Of a stretch of 64,000 nucleotides of DNA, positions 23,937 through 33,661 are shown piece after piece (within the stretch, counting starts at the first letter, position 1; each line of letters begins with the position of its first letter). Both the position numbers and the translations under genes were made by a program. Source of the DNA: Sulfolobales archaeon HS-7 (GTDB lineage: Archaea; Thermoproteota; Thermoprotei_A; Sulfolobales; Sulfolobaceae); contig AP024596.1 in the NCBI GenBank assembly GCA_019704295.1, positions 800,001 through 864,000 of the forward strand. The letters run 5' to 3'. Below the pieces are notes generated by a model, which saw only the letters and a program-made list of their open reading frames with translations, made no database searches and was not told the DNA's origin.

Positions 23937-24962
23937 TCATTTTTTGTATTGAGGGTATAATCCTGGTTCCATAAATACTTTATCGGGTACTAACGCTTGG
24001 CCTTTTTTAGCTGTCTCAATATCGTTGGAGTTGACTATAGCTTTACCTATTGCAACCAACTCACCTCGTTGAGTAATAATCGCTACGAGATCTCCTTTTC
24101 TAAATCTTTCATATGCTAATATACCAGGAATCATCAATGGGTACCCGTGACATAATGGATCCACTGCATAGTTACTGGTAACCACTTTAGGAAGATTACA
24201 TATACCATACTCCATTGGTAATAGGTATTTTCTTAGCCAGCTATCATCGTTACATTTTTTCCACATATATAAAGCCTCTGAAAGTTGGTGAAGTGTTACA
24301 CTCATTTCCTCTGTGAAAATGCCAGATCTAATTCGTCTTAATTCTCTCATATGTGCACCATATCCTAGTATAATACCCATATCATGACATATTTTCCTTA
24401 TGTAGGTTCCAGCTTCGCATGATATTTTGAATAGAACTAAGTTACCCTTAAATTCGATGAAGTTTATATCATATACTTTTTTTATCCTTAATCGCCTTTT
24501 AACTGACGACCTAACCGGAGGTTTTTGATAAATTTCCCCAACAAATTTTCTTCCAACAGTTTTAATCAAATCTTCATCAACCTGATTAGTATGCAATTGC
24601 ATTAAAGTAACGTACTCCTTTACATCTTCCGTTATTATCTTCATTAATTTCCTAGCATCCCCTATACCTATTGGTAAAACACCGGACACGTTGGGATATC
24701 TCCGTCTTTACGACTCTAGAGTTCCCCCATGTCCGGCTTTCTGAACCCCTAATAACTGTTTAACCCAATAAGCTACTTGATGACTTGAAGGACCAGGCGG
24801 TTTATCTAATACTATTATCGACTTACTTATGTATCTCGAAATCTCTCTATTCCATGGATCTTCACCGTAATTCTTTAGTATCTCTTCATCTTTTACAACC
24901 GTCCACTCGTTAAAGTAATTACAGAACCTCTCGATCCTTTCTACTTGTTCGAAACTTTTCAT
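23937..24962 (-). CDS. cbf5: H/ACA pseudouridine synthase Cbf5, split by an 18-nt intron (24698-24715)
   Basis: Exon 1 has DKPPGPSSH..GHGGTL; exon 2 has PNVSGVLP, GTYIR and a PUA domain. Removing 18 nt restores GTLDP. Confidence 0.95.
24698..24715 (-). other. BHB-type pre-mRNA intron in cbf5
   Basis: CTCT-AG^A-GTC gtaaa GAC-GGAG-AT^A-TCCC forms a bulge-helix-bulge and contains an in-frame TAA. Confidence 0.9.
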
Positions 24963-25222
24963 GTCTTCATATACTCCTCTAACCCTGAGTCTTTTATCTT
25001 CTTTTCTATTTCTTCATCAGAAGCACCCTTAGGAATCTCTATTTTCTTATCAGTAATATCTAAGTGTAGAATGTTTGCTCTCCTTCTCTTAACCTTATTA
25101 ATACTACTAGGTCCTGTAACTAAGACGAAATTATTGTCAATTATATCTACAACTATTGCCTTTTTACCTTTTTCTTTACCCCTATTTTTCACACATATTC
25201 TTCCTACTTCTAGTGCGGACAT
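24959..25222 (-). CDS. rpl14e: 50S ribosomal protein L14e
   Basis: EVGRICVK..G.E.G, IIDNNFVLVTGP, VKRRR.N..HL. Confidence 0.96.
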   Translation of the reverse strand: MSALEVGRICVKNRGKEKGKKAIVVDIIDNNFVLVTGPSSINKVKRRRANILHLDITDKKIEIPKGASDEEIEKKIKDSGLEEYMKT

Positions 25223-25496
25223 CGTAAGGTATTTATTAAAAACACGATAAAAATCTAACTACTTCCGTAGATGAAGTTATACATCTTTATAACTCTAGGG
25301 ATTAACATTTTTCCCTCGTGTCCTTTAGGATTAACCGTGTTTATGGAACACTCAATTGCATGGAAAAAGTTTGGTCCTTGCCCTTTAAAGCACGAAGAAT
25401 TGTAACCTTTACCTATGTCAGCATTTTTCCGTTGTTAGGTTCGGTCGCCAATAAAGATTTATTATATTCAACTAGAGTAATGATGTTGGTGCACAA

Positions 25497-26126
25497 ATGT
25501 CGTCTAGAAGCAGTGCTATTAAAGATAAATGGAAAATGAAGAAGTGGTTTACCGTGTTTGCTCCAGAGCTGTTCTCTGGCGTGCCCTTGGGTCAGACTGC
25601 AGCATTTGAAGGATCGCAGATTATTGGCAGAAAAATAGAGACCACTCTATATGATCTTACTGGGGATTTCTCTCTAGTCCACGTGAAAGTTTATTTTAAA
25701 ATAACGAAAACCGATAACGAAAGGGCTTATTCCGCTTTTTACGGCCATGAAATGGCGAGGGACTACATTAGATCTCTAATAAGAAGAAAGAGTTCTAAAA
25801 TCCAGAATGTAGTTGACGTTGTGACAAAAGACGGTTATAAAATTAGAGTAAAGGCTCTAATATTAACGACATATAGGTGCCAAAGGAGGCAAAAAACCGA
25901 TATAAGGAAAATTTCTGCCGATCTTATCCAAAAGATTGCCTCAGAATCTAACTCTAATGATTTCATTTCCTCTATGTTATTTGGGAAAATATCAAATGAA
26001 ATATTTAATACATGTAAGAAAATTTATCCACTAAGGAATGTAGAGATCGAAAAAAGCAAGGTTTTTGGACAAACTATTATTTCTGAGGAGAAGAAAGTTG
26101 AAAGCAGTAGTATTAGCGGCGGGTAA
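25497..26126 (+). CDS. rps3ae: 30S ribosomal protein S3ae (eS1)
   Basis: KDKWKMKKW, GRKIETTLYDLTGD, DYIRSLIRR, KIYPLR. Confidence 0.97.
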   Translation: MSSRSSAIKDKWKMKKWFTVFAPELFSGVPLGQTAAFEGSQIIGRKIETTLYDLTGDFSLVHVKVYFKITKTDNERAYSAFYGHEMARDYIRSLIRRKSSKIQNVVDVVTKDGYKIRVKALILTTYRCQRRQKTDIRKISADLIQKIASESNSNDFISSMLFGKISNEIFNTCKKIYPLRNVEIEKSKVFGQTIISEEKKVESSSISGG

Positions 26127-27285
26127 AGGCGAAAGGCTTGAGCCTATAACCCATACCAGAAATAAAACCCTTGCTCCTCTATTGGGCGAAACTCTTTTAG
26201 AAAGAACTATTAATATCTTATCTGAATTTGTTGACGAGATTTACCTAATTGTTGATAATCCCGAACAGTTTACTTCTATTATAAATAATCCTATTTTAAG
26301 AGTAGTCGTTCAGGAAGAACAGAAGGGAACGGCTTTTGCATTAAAGTCAGTAAATCTTAACGATGAGTTCATATTAGTTTATGGCGATATTTACGCGGAT
26401 AGTGGATTATTTTCTAAAGTTGCTTCCTGCAGTGGTAATTGTGTCGTGGGAGTTGAAGTGGGGAATCCAAATGAATATGGAGTATTAAATTATCAGAATG
26501 ATAGACTTGTTGAGATTATCGAGAAACCAGAGGTATTTATAGGAAATTATGTAAATGCCGGTATATATAAATTTTCTGAAAAAATTTTTAATTATATCGA
26601 TAAAATTAGTCCGTCAGTAAGGGGAGAATACGAACTCACTGATGCAGTAAATCTTCTAGCTAAAGAAAACGAGGTAAAAGTGATCACGTATTCAGGCACT
26701 TGGCTTGATGTAGGAAGACCTTGGCAAGTTATAGAATTAAATAAACTTGCGTTACAAAAAATCGAAACAAAAATAGAGGGAGAAATCGAAAGAGAGGTTA
26801 AAATAAAAGGGAGGGTTATTATTGAGAGAGGGGCGCGAATAAGAGGCTGTTCATATATTGAAGGGCCTGCTTATATTGGTTCAAATACGGAGGTAGGCCC
26901 AAACGCTCATATACGTCCATATACGGTGATAGGAAGAGGCGCTAAAGTTGGAACGAGTGTTGAAGTTAAAGAGAGTGTAATTATGGAGAATACAAAGATA
27001 CCCCACTTAAGCTATGTAGGGGATAGTGTTATATGTGAAAGTGTGAATCTCGGTGCGGGTACTATTACTGCTAACCTTAGATTCGATGAGGAAAGCGTAA
27101 AGGTTAATGTAAGAGGAGTTAAAGTGTCGTCCGGTAGAAAGAAGCTGGGCGCGTTCATTGGAGGTTATGTTAAGACTGGAATAAACGTCTCTATTATGCC
27201 AGGAGTAAAGATTGGGGCTTACTCTATTATATATCCCAATAAAGTAGTGGATAGGGACGTTAATAAAGGAGAAATTTTAAAGTGA
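26098..27285 (+). CDS. glmU: Bifunctional sugar-1-P nucleotidyltransferase/acetyltransferase (GlmU-like)
   Basis: LAAGKGERLEP, RGEYELTD, PHLSYVGDS, ANLRFD, GRKKLG. TTG start at 26098. Confidence 0.88.
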   Translation: MKAVVLAAGKGERLEPITHTRNKTLAPLLGETLLERTINILSEFVDEIYLIVDNPEQFTSIINNPILRVVVQEEQKGTAFALKSVNLNDEFILVYGDIYADSGLFSKVASCSGNCVVGVEVGNPNEYGVLNYQNDRLVEIIEKPEVFIGNYVNAGIYKFSEKIFNYIDKISPSVRGEYELTDAVNLLAKENEVKVITYSGTWLDVGRPWQVIELNKLALQKIETKIEGEIEREVKIKGRVIIERGARIRGCSYIEGPAYIGSNTEVGPNAHIRPYTVIGRGAKVGTSVEVKESVIMENTKIPHLSYVGDSVICESVNLGAGTITANLRFDEESVKVNVRGVKVSSGRKKLGAFIGGYVKTGINVSIMPGVKIGAYSIIYPNKVVDRDVNKGEILK

Positions 27286-27444
27286 ATCTTACATTCCCTA
27301 CCGATGAGAGATTATACTTCACTACTCCGATCCTTGTTAATAGGGTAGAAGATAAGAGCTCTTTAACTTTTTCCACCGCATACTACGTACTAGATACATA
27401 TAGAGTAATAATTAATAACGAATACAATAGTATAGAATAGGGAA

Positions 27445-27550
27445 GCCGGGGTGCCCGAGCGGTCCAAGGGGGTGGGCTCGAGACCTCCAGCTAACAGTGA
27501 GTGACCCACTGCCTCCCTGAGGCACACGGGTTCGAATCCCGTCCCCGGCG
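27445..27550 (+). tRNA. tRNA-Ser(CGA) with 21-nt intron at 37/38 (27483-27503)
   Basis: GTGGG-CT CGA G[intron]A-CCCAC; CTCG pairs with intron TGAG (BHB); long variable arm. Confidence 0.93.
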
Positions 27551-27594
27551 TTATGAAATGTTTATGGAGATTAATTAGGTTATAACTAGATGAC

Positions 27595-27760
27595 GGGCTG
27601 TTAGCGCATTCATTGCGAATTGTAATTTATGAGAAAGCATGATAAACTACAGTAAATTCCTAATTTTAAATCCCTACCTGTCGTTCCGGTAGTATTGAAT
27701 TGAATTTGTTACGATGACTGAAATAATAAACTGAATTCGCAATGGAGACGTAAATCGCCC
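27595..27760. mobile_element. MITE family 1 copy (166 bp)
   Basis: GGGC..TTCATTGCGAATT ... AATTCGCAATGG..GCCC terminal inverted repeats. Confidence 0.7.
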
Positions 27761-28066
27761 TGCTATATCTATATTAACCATACGTCATTGTATCTCTATT
27801 CCGACTCCTTAGTCTTTTACAAGATTAGCACTTTTTAGGGATTATATAAAACCACATAAGATTCGTCTTCTACCTTCACATCTTTCCTCGGATTCACCAT
27901 TTGATTTATTCTACGTGATAAAAGTTAGCAAGGATAGTGTTAGCCTCTTTTAAAAAGGGAGTTAGGAATGATAAACGATAAAATTGAGTACTTTATCACT
28001 AAAAGGGTAATTATTAATGATAATATTATAAGCCGTTAGTTAGCTTTGAGGAATAGTAAGACGAAG

Positions 28067-29863
28067 TTAATTACTAGTTGATATGGTTAAACAAAACGTA
28101 GGGTCAAGTCTTCTTTTTACATTAAGTATTTCTTGCGCAGTAACTATTACGTCGCTTGTAAATTCATGTCTGAACGATTCTGATAGAATTACCTCGAGGT
28201 CTTTGCACGATGCATCTGTAAATAAGACATCACCCTCGGAAATTTGTCGTCCTATTGATACATTGCCACGAATAGACACAGCAGCTGACTGACTTGCTAG
28301 TAATTTATCTAACGTTTTTTTATTATCTTGTATTTGGAGAATTTCGCCAATTCGTCTACCATGACTATCAATAACCGGAGACTTAGGCCTTAGAATGCCT
28401 CCCAATACCTCGACTCCAACTATAATCGGTTCACTACGTCTGAATACGTACCCTGGTAACAGTTTAAATTTAGCTGGTAATACGATAGCATTCAAGTTCT
28501 TTTTCTTCTTCTCCTCTCTAATTTCTTTAATCCACTTGAGATAATCATCAATTAGTTGATAAATTATGTCTCTCTGAAAAAGGTTGATATTGGAAAGTTC
28601 AGTTCCAGGTAAAACTTTTACTCTGAAGGCAAGTATAGCTCCGTATTCCTCATTCTCCTGTGCCGAAAGTTGTGCCTCCATGACGTCTTTCTTCGAAACA
28701 GGTCCTATATCTGCTAATCTAATAGGGATATTTTCTTTCTTTAAGGCGTAGACAATAGCTTCAAGGGTTCCCAGGCTGTCCGCTTTAACTACTACTCCAG
28801 AGGTATCTGAGGATATTTTTATCGCTTTTACCTCCTCTTCTATAGTCTTTTTAGCCTTTTCTAGCTCTTCTGTGCTACTTGCACTATAAAGTGGTGAACC
28901 CGCTATAGCATAATCTAGATCACTGGCAGTTATCTTGATTCCCGAAGCTGCATATGCCTCGTCTATCGGAGAATAATCTGCCTTCATCTTCATGTCTTGT
29001 AATGGTTTTGGTACCAATATACCCTTCACCTTGGTAACTATTATACCGTTACTTCCCGCTAGCACTATTGTGTCATTTTTCCTTAATATTCCGTCGTAAA
29101 GAATCACGTCAATGGTTGTTCCTAAGCCAAGTTCTTCTTTAACTTCCATCACTACTCCTTTTGCTGATCCTTCAACAAATCTTAATCTGGCCTTCATATA
29201 ATGTTGGGTTAACCCAGCCAAAATAGCTAGCAATTCAGGTATACCCTCACCTGTTTTTCCGGAAACGGGAATTATGGTAACTGCCTTAGTGAAGTCTGAT
29301 ACTCTGTCAAATCTATCGCTATTTATACCATATGTCGATAGTTCCACTACTATCTCGTAGATCTTTCTGTCTAAATAGTCTAACGTAGATTTATCCTGTT
29401 TTTCTACCGAAAATAAAAAGGGCTGATCTTGCTGAACTTTCCATCCAGGAATTCTATCGATTTTATTTGCTGCTACGATAAACGGTACTTTCCTTGCCCT
29501 CAGCAATTCTAACGACTCTTTAGTTTGATTTTGAAAACCTTCCATAACATCAACAACCAATATTGCGATATCCGATACGCTTCCACCGCGTACTCTTAAA
29601 TTAGAGAATAATTCATGACCAGGGGTGTCAATAAATAGCAAACCGGGAATCTCTAGTTTAATAGGGATTTTCTTTCTTAATGGAGAAGCTAACTTTTCTA
29701 TGACTGAGGCAGGAACTAAACTTGCACCGACTTCTTGAGTCATTTCTCCTGGTTCCTTCTTGACTACCGCTGTTCCCCTTATCTTATCTAATAATGTGGT
29801 CTTTCCATGGTCTACATGACCTAACACTACTACAATAGGTTGTCTTAATACTTTCTTTGACAT
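28067..29863 (-). CDS. infB: Translation initiation factor aIF5B (IF2)
   Basis: LRQPIV.VLGHVDHGKT, DTPGHE, ANKID, KADSLGTLEA; SD GAGGTGAT upstream. Confidence 0.97.
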   Translation of the reverse strand: MSKKVLRQPIVVVLGHVDHGKTTLLDKIRGTAVVKKEPGEMTQEVGASLVPASVIEKLASPLRKKIPIKLEIPGLLFIDTPGHELFSNLRVRGGSVSDIAILVVDVMEGFQNQTKESLELLRARKVPFIVAANKIDRIPGWKVQQDQPFLFSVEKQDKSTLDYLDRKIYEIVVELSTYGINSDRFDRVSDFTKAVTIIPVSGKTGEGIPELLAILAGLTQHYMKARLRFVEGSAKGVVMEVKEELGLGTTIDVILYDGILRKNDTIVLAGSNGIIVTKVKGILVPKPLQDMKMKADYSPIDEAYAASGIKITASDLDYAIAGSPLYSASSTEELEKAKKTIEEEVKAIKISSDTSGVVVKADSLGTLEAIVYALKKENIPIRLADIGPVSKKDVMEAQLSAQENEEYGAILAFRVKVLPGTELSNINLFQRDIIYQLIDDYLKWIKEIREEKKKKNLNAIVLPAKFKLLPGYVFRRSEPIIVGVEVLGGILRPKSPVIDSHGRRIGEILQIQDNKKTLDKLLASQSAAVSIRGNVSIGRQISEGDVLFTDASCKDLEVILSESFRHEFTSDVIVTAQEILNVKRRLDPTFCLTISTSN

Positions 29864-30653
29864 CTTATCACCTCACCATACGATTTTGATGTCAAATTGT
29901 TTGCCTCACTATTAGTATTATAGCTTCTCGGTTTTAACGTCAAGCTATGTAGAATTTTTATTAATATTTATCATAATAATATAATTTTAAAAAAATTTTA
30001 CTTAGTATATATATATATTAATAATACATATCTTGATCGAGCTTGAAGCGCGGAGCAAGCTAATTTCATGACCTAATTTTTTAATTTATATTGTAGTAGT
30101 AATAAGTAATAGCGTGTAATCCATAATTAACGCAAGAAACTAGATAAATTAAAATGTTATAAAATACATTCCCTAGAATTAAAATAGTTGTGTTATAGAG
30201 AGAAATAGTATAAAATTAGTTTATTCAAAGTACCCTAATGTAATAACATATTTTTAAGTATTAGAGCTAAAACTAGGTTTTCAGTGTAATGGGTTTAACG
30301 TTTACAAGGAAATGACGGATATTTTGAGCTTAGTAAGTTAGTAAAAGCACTTAATCTCTCGCAATTCCCCGTAATATAATCCCGATTATCCGTGATAGGG
30401 AGAGTTATTCATATATAGAAGAATTTAGTTTTTAAAGTAAATAATATTTGTTATACATTACACACTATTCTGACAATCAACAGCATAAAATAATTAAAAC
30501 GAGTGTGTAAAGGGAGATTGGTATTATATTCACTGTGAAAGTTCCTCATATATAGTTTCTTAATATTCTTTATTATTTTAAATTTTAATAATAATATCAA
30601 AAGAAATAGTACAAAAATGAATAAGATAAAATTAAAAACCTATATCTAAAAAA

Positions 30654-31112
30654 CTATTGCGTACTCGTGACTACTACTTCCTTTTTCTTATTAATTTCCA
30701 TTTTAACTTTTTCTAATTCGTCTGTCATCTGTCTTATTGCGAGCGTAAGTAAATCTTTATGCGCTTCGCGGACATGTTCTTCTGCATCATCACTTTGTAC
30801 ATTTATATCGCACTTTGTGCATTTATATAAACCTGAAGTTTTCTCCTTTGTAACTATTGGCTTAACTCCTTTCGATATCCTCTTTAATATTGGAATAATC
30901 TTTCTAGCTCTAGGTTCGCCTCCACTTTTTTCAATTATCCTTTGTGTATAACCCCTTAACTGGTGTTTTGATATCCCATATCTATAAGCTACTGTAGCAG
31001 GGCCTTCGCCCTTCACTAGATATTCTTCCAGAGCGTTAAGGAGATAGTCGTTCCCTCCTAATATTTTTAGTGCTATATAATTTATTAAGGATTTGGTATC
31101 TACTTGTTTCAT
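30654..31112 (-). CDS. Uncharacterised protein with HTH-like N-region and C2H2-like zinc finger
   Basis: GPATVAYRYGISKHQLRGY (HTH-like) and CTKC-x10-HVREAH. Confidence 0.75.
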   Translation of the reverse strand: MKQVDTKSLINYIALKILGGNDYLLNALEEYLVKGEGPATVAYRYGISKHQLRGYTQRIIEKSGGEPRARKIIPILKRISKGVKPIVTKEKTSGLYKCTKCDINVQSDDAEEHVREAHKDLLTLAIRQMTDELEKVKMEINKKKEVVVTSTQ

Positions 31113-31249
31113 TAAAATCACCCGATCTAAACTATTGTTATGTAGACTGAGTTTAAAAGGAATTGTGTTTATACAGTTATGATCTCACGTACTTATTCAT
31201 ACTAGTGAAAAAGTATATGTAATAATCTCTTCTCACTTAATGGAAAAGC

Positions 31250-31699
31250 TTAATTGATTAATTTTCTCACACAATAGAGGAGAACTGCTGCTAGTTGGGG
31301 AGCGCCAATATCACCTACAGCTATGTCCATGCTTATTTCCTCGCCGAAACTAGTATCCACCTTTGAGAACTTTTCATCAAGTCCATGAAATACTAACATG
31401 GTCGGTATATTTTTAAAAAGTTCAGAATAATTTACTTTTTGTCCGCTACCTGGCGTGACTAAATACACTTTTTCAGGTCTAATCAGCTCCACCGCGTCCT
31501 TAAGGTCTGGAAGTATGATAATTCCTTTTCCTAATTTATACGCCATTTTATTTACTTCAGGTATCCCTGCCTGTGCTGCCGTTCCTCCTACCTTTGTTGC
31601 AACCAAAATTCCATTATCGGTTAAAGAGTAGACTACTTTTGCAAATTCAATTAACCTCTGGACACTAATCACATTATGAATAACCACATATATCTTCAT
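31250..31699 (-). CDS. Minimal SPOUT-like protein (often annotated 'RecB-family nuclease')
   Basis: HNV.SVQRL, GTAAQAGIPEV, LPDLKDAVEL. Confidence 0.7.
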   Translation of the reverse strand: MKIYVVIHNVISVQRLIEFAKVVYSLTDNGILVATKVGGTAAQAGIPEVNKMAYKLGKGIIILPDLKDAVELIRPEKVYLVTPGSGQKVNYSELFKNIPTMLVFHGLDEKFSKVDTSFGEEISMDIAVGDIGAPQLAAVLLYCVRKLIN

Positions 31700-32639
31700 A
31701 TTTTCCTCTAATATAACGTGCAATCGCATTAGATAAGCTTACTGGAACAGACTCTCCTACCTGGTTATACTGTTCGTCTCTCGAACCATAAAAGACATGG
31801 AAGTCTGGGTACAACATTAATCTTGCCTGTTCTCTAACCGTCAGGAAACGATCCTCAAATGGATGAATAAATCTAGATCCACCCATTACTGTTGGTGCTA
31901 TCTCATTAGGATCTAAACGGCGGTATAAAGGTATCTTCTTTCCACTACCCTCATACATGGACATATATTCATTAAATGAGAGATTAACTATTTTTCTTAG
32001 TTTTTCATCACTAATTGCTATTTTTTCATGGTTTGGTACGTCGTTGATTTCCATTAGATCCCTTATTGCCTCATAGACTGTTATTCTTTTTGTCATGATC
32101 TGTGGTTTTATTTCAATATTAGAAATGAAAACTCTCGTCCTTCGCGATGGATTACCATAATTTTCTGCCCTCAATATATTAAAAAAAACTTTTGGATATC
32201 CTGCGTCATCAAAAAGCCTAGAAAGTTCGTCTCTTAACTCACCATGTTCTACTAAAGACGGAACGTTTTCCATTACGAATATGCAAGGATTAATTTCCTT
32301 AAGAACTCTTATGTATTCTAATGTCAGTAGTCCTCTCTCATCCTCATATAACCGCGATAGTGGCTCTTTCTTCCTTTTTGGATTAGCCGCTGTAAAAGCT
32401 TCGCACGGCGGACTGCCTATTACTATTTTTGGGTGACTATTGATTAATTTTATTTGTTTCCAATTAAAATAGGCTATATCCTCTTCTAATACTAATGTTG
32501 TGGGAAAGTTAGATGCATACGTTCTAGCCGCATCATGATTTTTTTCTAATGCAACAATTATTTCAAACCAGTATGAGAATCCTCTACTAAATCCTCCAGC
32601 ACCTGCGAAAAGATCAATTACTGCTGGCTTTTGTTTCAT
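31674..32639 (-). CDS. Cytosine-C5 methyltransferase (orphan)
   Basis: DLFAGAGG, GSPPC, FVMENV, R.RVF, LTVREQARL, QVGESVP. Confidence 0.92.
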   Translation of the reverse strand: MKQKPAVIDLFAGAGGFSRGFSYWFEIIVALEKNHDAARTYASNFPTTLVLEEDIAYFNWKQIKLINSHPKIVIGSPPCEAFTAANPKRKKEPLSRLYEDERGLLTLEYIRVLKEINPCIFVMENVPSLVEHGELRDELSRLFDDAGYPKVFFNILRAENYGNPSRRTRVFISNIEIKPQIMTKRITVYEAIRDLMEINDVPNHEKIAISDEKLRKIVNLSFNEYMSMYEGSGKKIPLYRRLDPNEIAPTVMGGSRFIHPFEDRFLTVREQARLMLYPDFHVFYGSRDEQYNQVGESVPVSLSNAIARYIRGKYEDICGYS

Positions 32640-33141
32640 TAGCAATCTCTTCTTCTAGTTTTTCTATTCTTTCCCTTAATCTCTCCTTAACTTTTTCCGA
32701 GTCGTAATAGGACAGTGGTGAACCACACCTAGGACACTTAAACTGATTTTCAAACGCCTCATCAAACGTGTATCTTGCGTAATCGTTATTACACACGTAA
32801 AATGTATTGGAACTTTCGAATTCTAATCTCAATTTTAATTTTTCGAGTATTGCGCGCTTCCTATTTAGTATAATGTTATTAATTTGTTCTAAATTAGCCC
32901 TCCAAAAATATATATACCATCCGGTATCCTTATCTCTTGTGCGTCTAGAAATCACGAATCCCTGTTCTGCCAACATGTAAAGAACCTTTCTGACATCATT
33001 TATCTTTAGATTTAGCTCGTTGGCTATATCTTCATCTTTCATTTCTTCCCTCCTCTTAATCAAAAGAGACAATACGTCAATAACATCATCGCCTAAAATT
33101 TCTTTCGCCATTTTTATTAATAATTCTTCTACACTACTCAT
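32614..33141 (-). CDS. tfe: Transcription factor E alpha
   Basis: DEDIA..L..NDVRKVLY, GWYIYFW, FDEAFE.FKCPRCG. Confidence 0.95.
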   Translation of the reverse strand: MSSVEELLIKMAKEILGDDVIDVLSLLIKRREEMKDEDIANELNLKINDVRKVLYMLAEQGFVISRRTRDKDTGWYIYFWRANLEQINNIILNRKRAILEKLKLRLEFESSNTFYVCNNDYARYTFDEAFENQFKCPRCGSPLSYYDSEKVKERLRERIEKLEEEIANETKASSN

Positions 33142-33661
33142 TCTTAACTACCTTTTTCCCCCTTTCTTGTGGTATTATGCGTAACTTGGAATCCTGAAAA
33201 TATATATCGAGTTCCTCCCCTTTATATATTCTGTCTAAGAAGATGGCTAACGCAGCTATTTCAGAATGTGGTTGGGAAGAAATTGATATATTAAAGTCCG
33301 AATTATAGTAATACCATCCCTCAACCTTCTGACTTCCTACTACTATGAGAATTGGTTTCTGAATAGTTGAGATAATATCCATAACTTGATTAATTCTCTG
33401 TCCATACATTGTTAAGTGAATTACGATACCTCCTCTCTTCTTCCACTCAATAACTAGGCGCTGCGGATTTTCACAGTAATCTATTTCAAAATACGTTCCT
33501 CCCCACATCGACTTTACATTCTCTATTTTTTTGATTAACGCGTTATCTTCATCCCCTGCAATGAAAATTCCTCTAGCTCCCAACGCTCTTGCAACTAATG
33601 CAACGTGAGTTGTAACTCTTTTATCTCTCTGCTTCCTATGGCCTAACCTCAGTATATATAT
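33134..33661 (-). CDS. trm56: tRNA (C56-2'-O)-methyltransferase; start probably non-canonical (ATA at 33661 or ATC at 33685)
   Basis: The frame upstream of the listed TTG encodes IYILRLGHR..RDKRVTTHVALVARA. Also HLTMYG and QPHSE.AALA.FLDR. Confidence 0.9.
   Translation of the reverse strand: MYILRLGHRKQRDKRVTTHVALVARALGARGIFIAGDEDNALIKKIENVKSMWGGTYFEIDYCENPQRLVIEWKKRGGIVIHLTMYGQRINQVMDIISTIQKPILIVVGSQKVEGWYYYNSDFNISISSQPHSEIAALAIFLDRIYKGEELDIYFQDSKLRIIPQERGKKVVKNE

Noticed and set aside
25318-25539. 73-aa ORF upstream of rps3ae
   Set aside because: Spans the divergent rpl14e/rps3ae promoter region; no coding-like features.
29864-30653. Replication origin
   Set aside because: No clear ORB or mini-ORB repeats and no cdc6/whiP gene recognised in the window.
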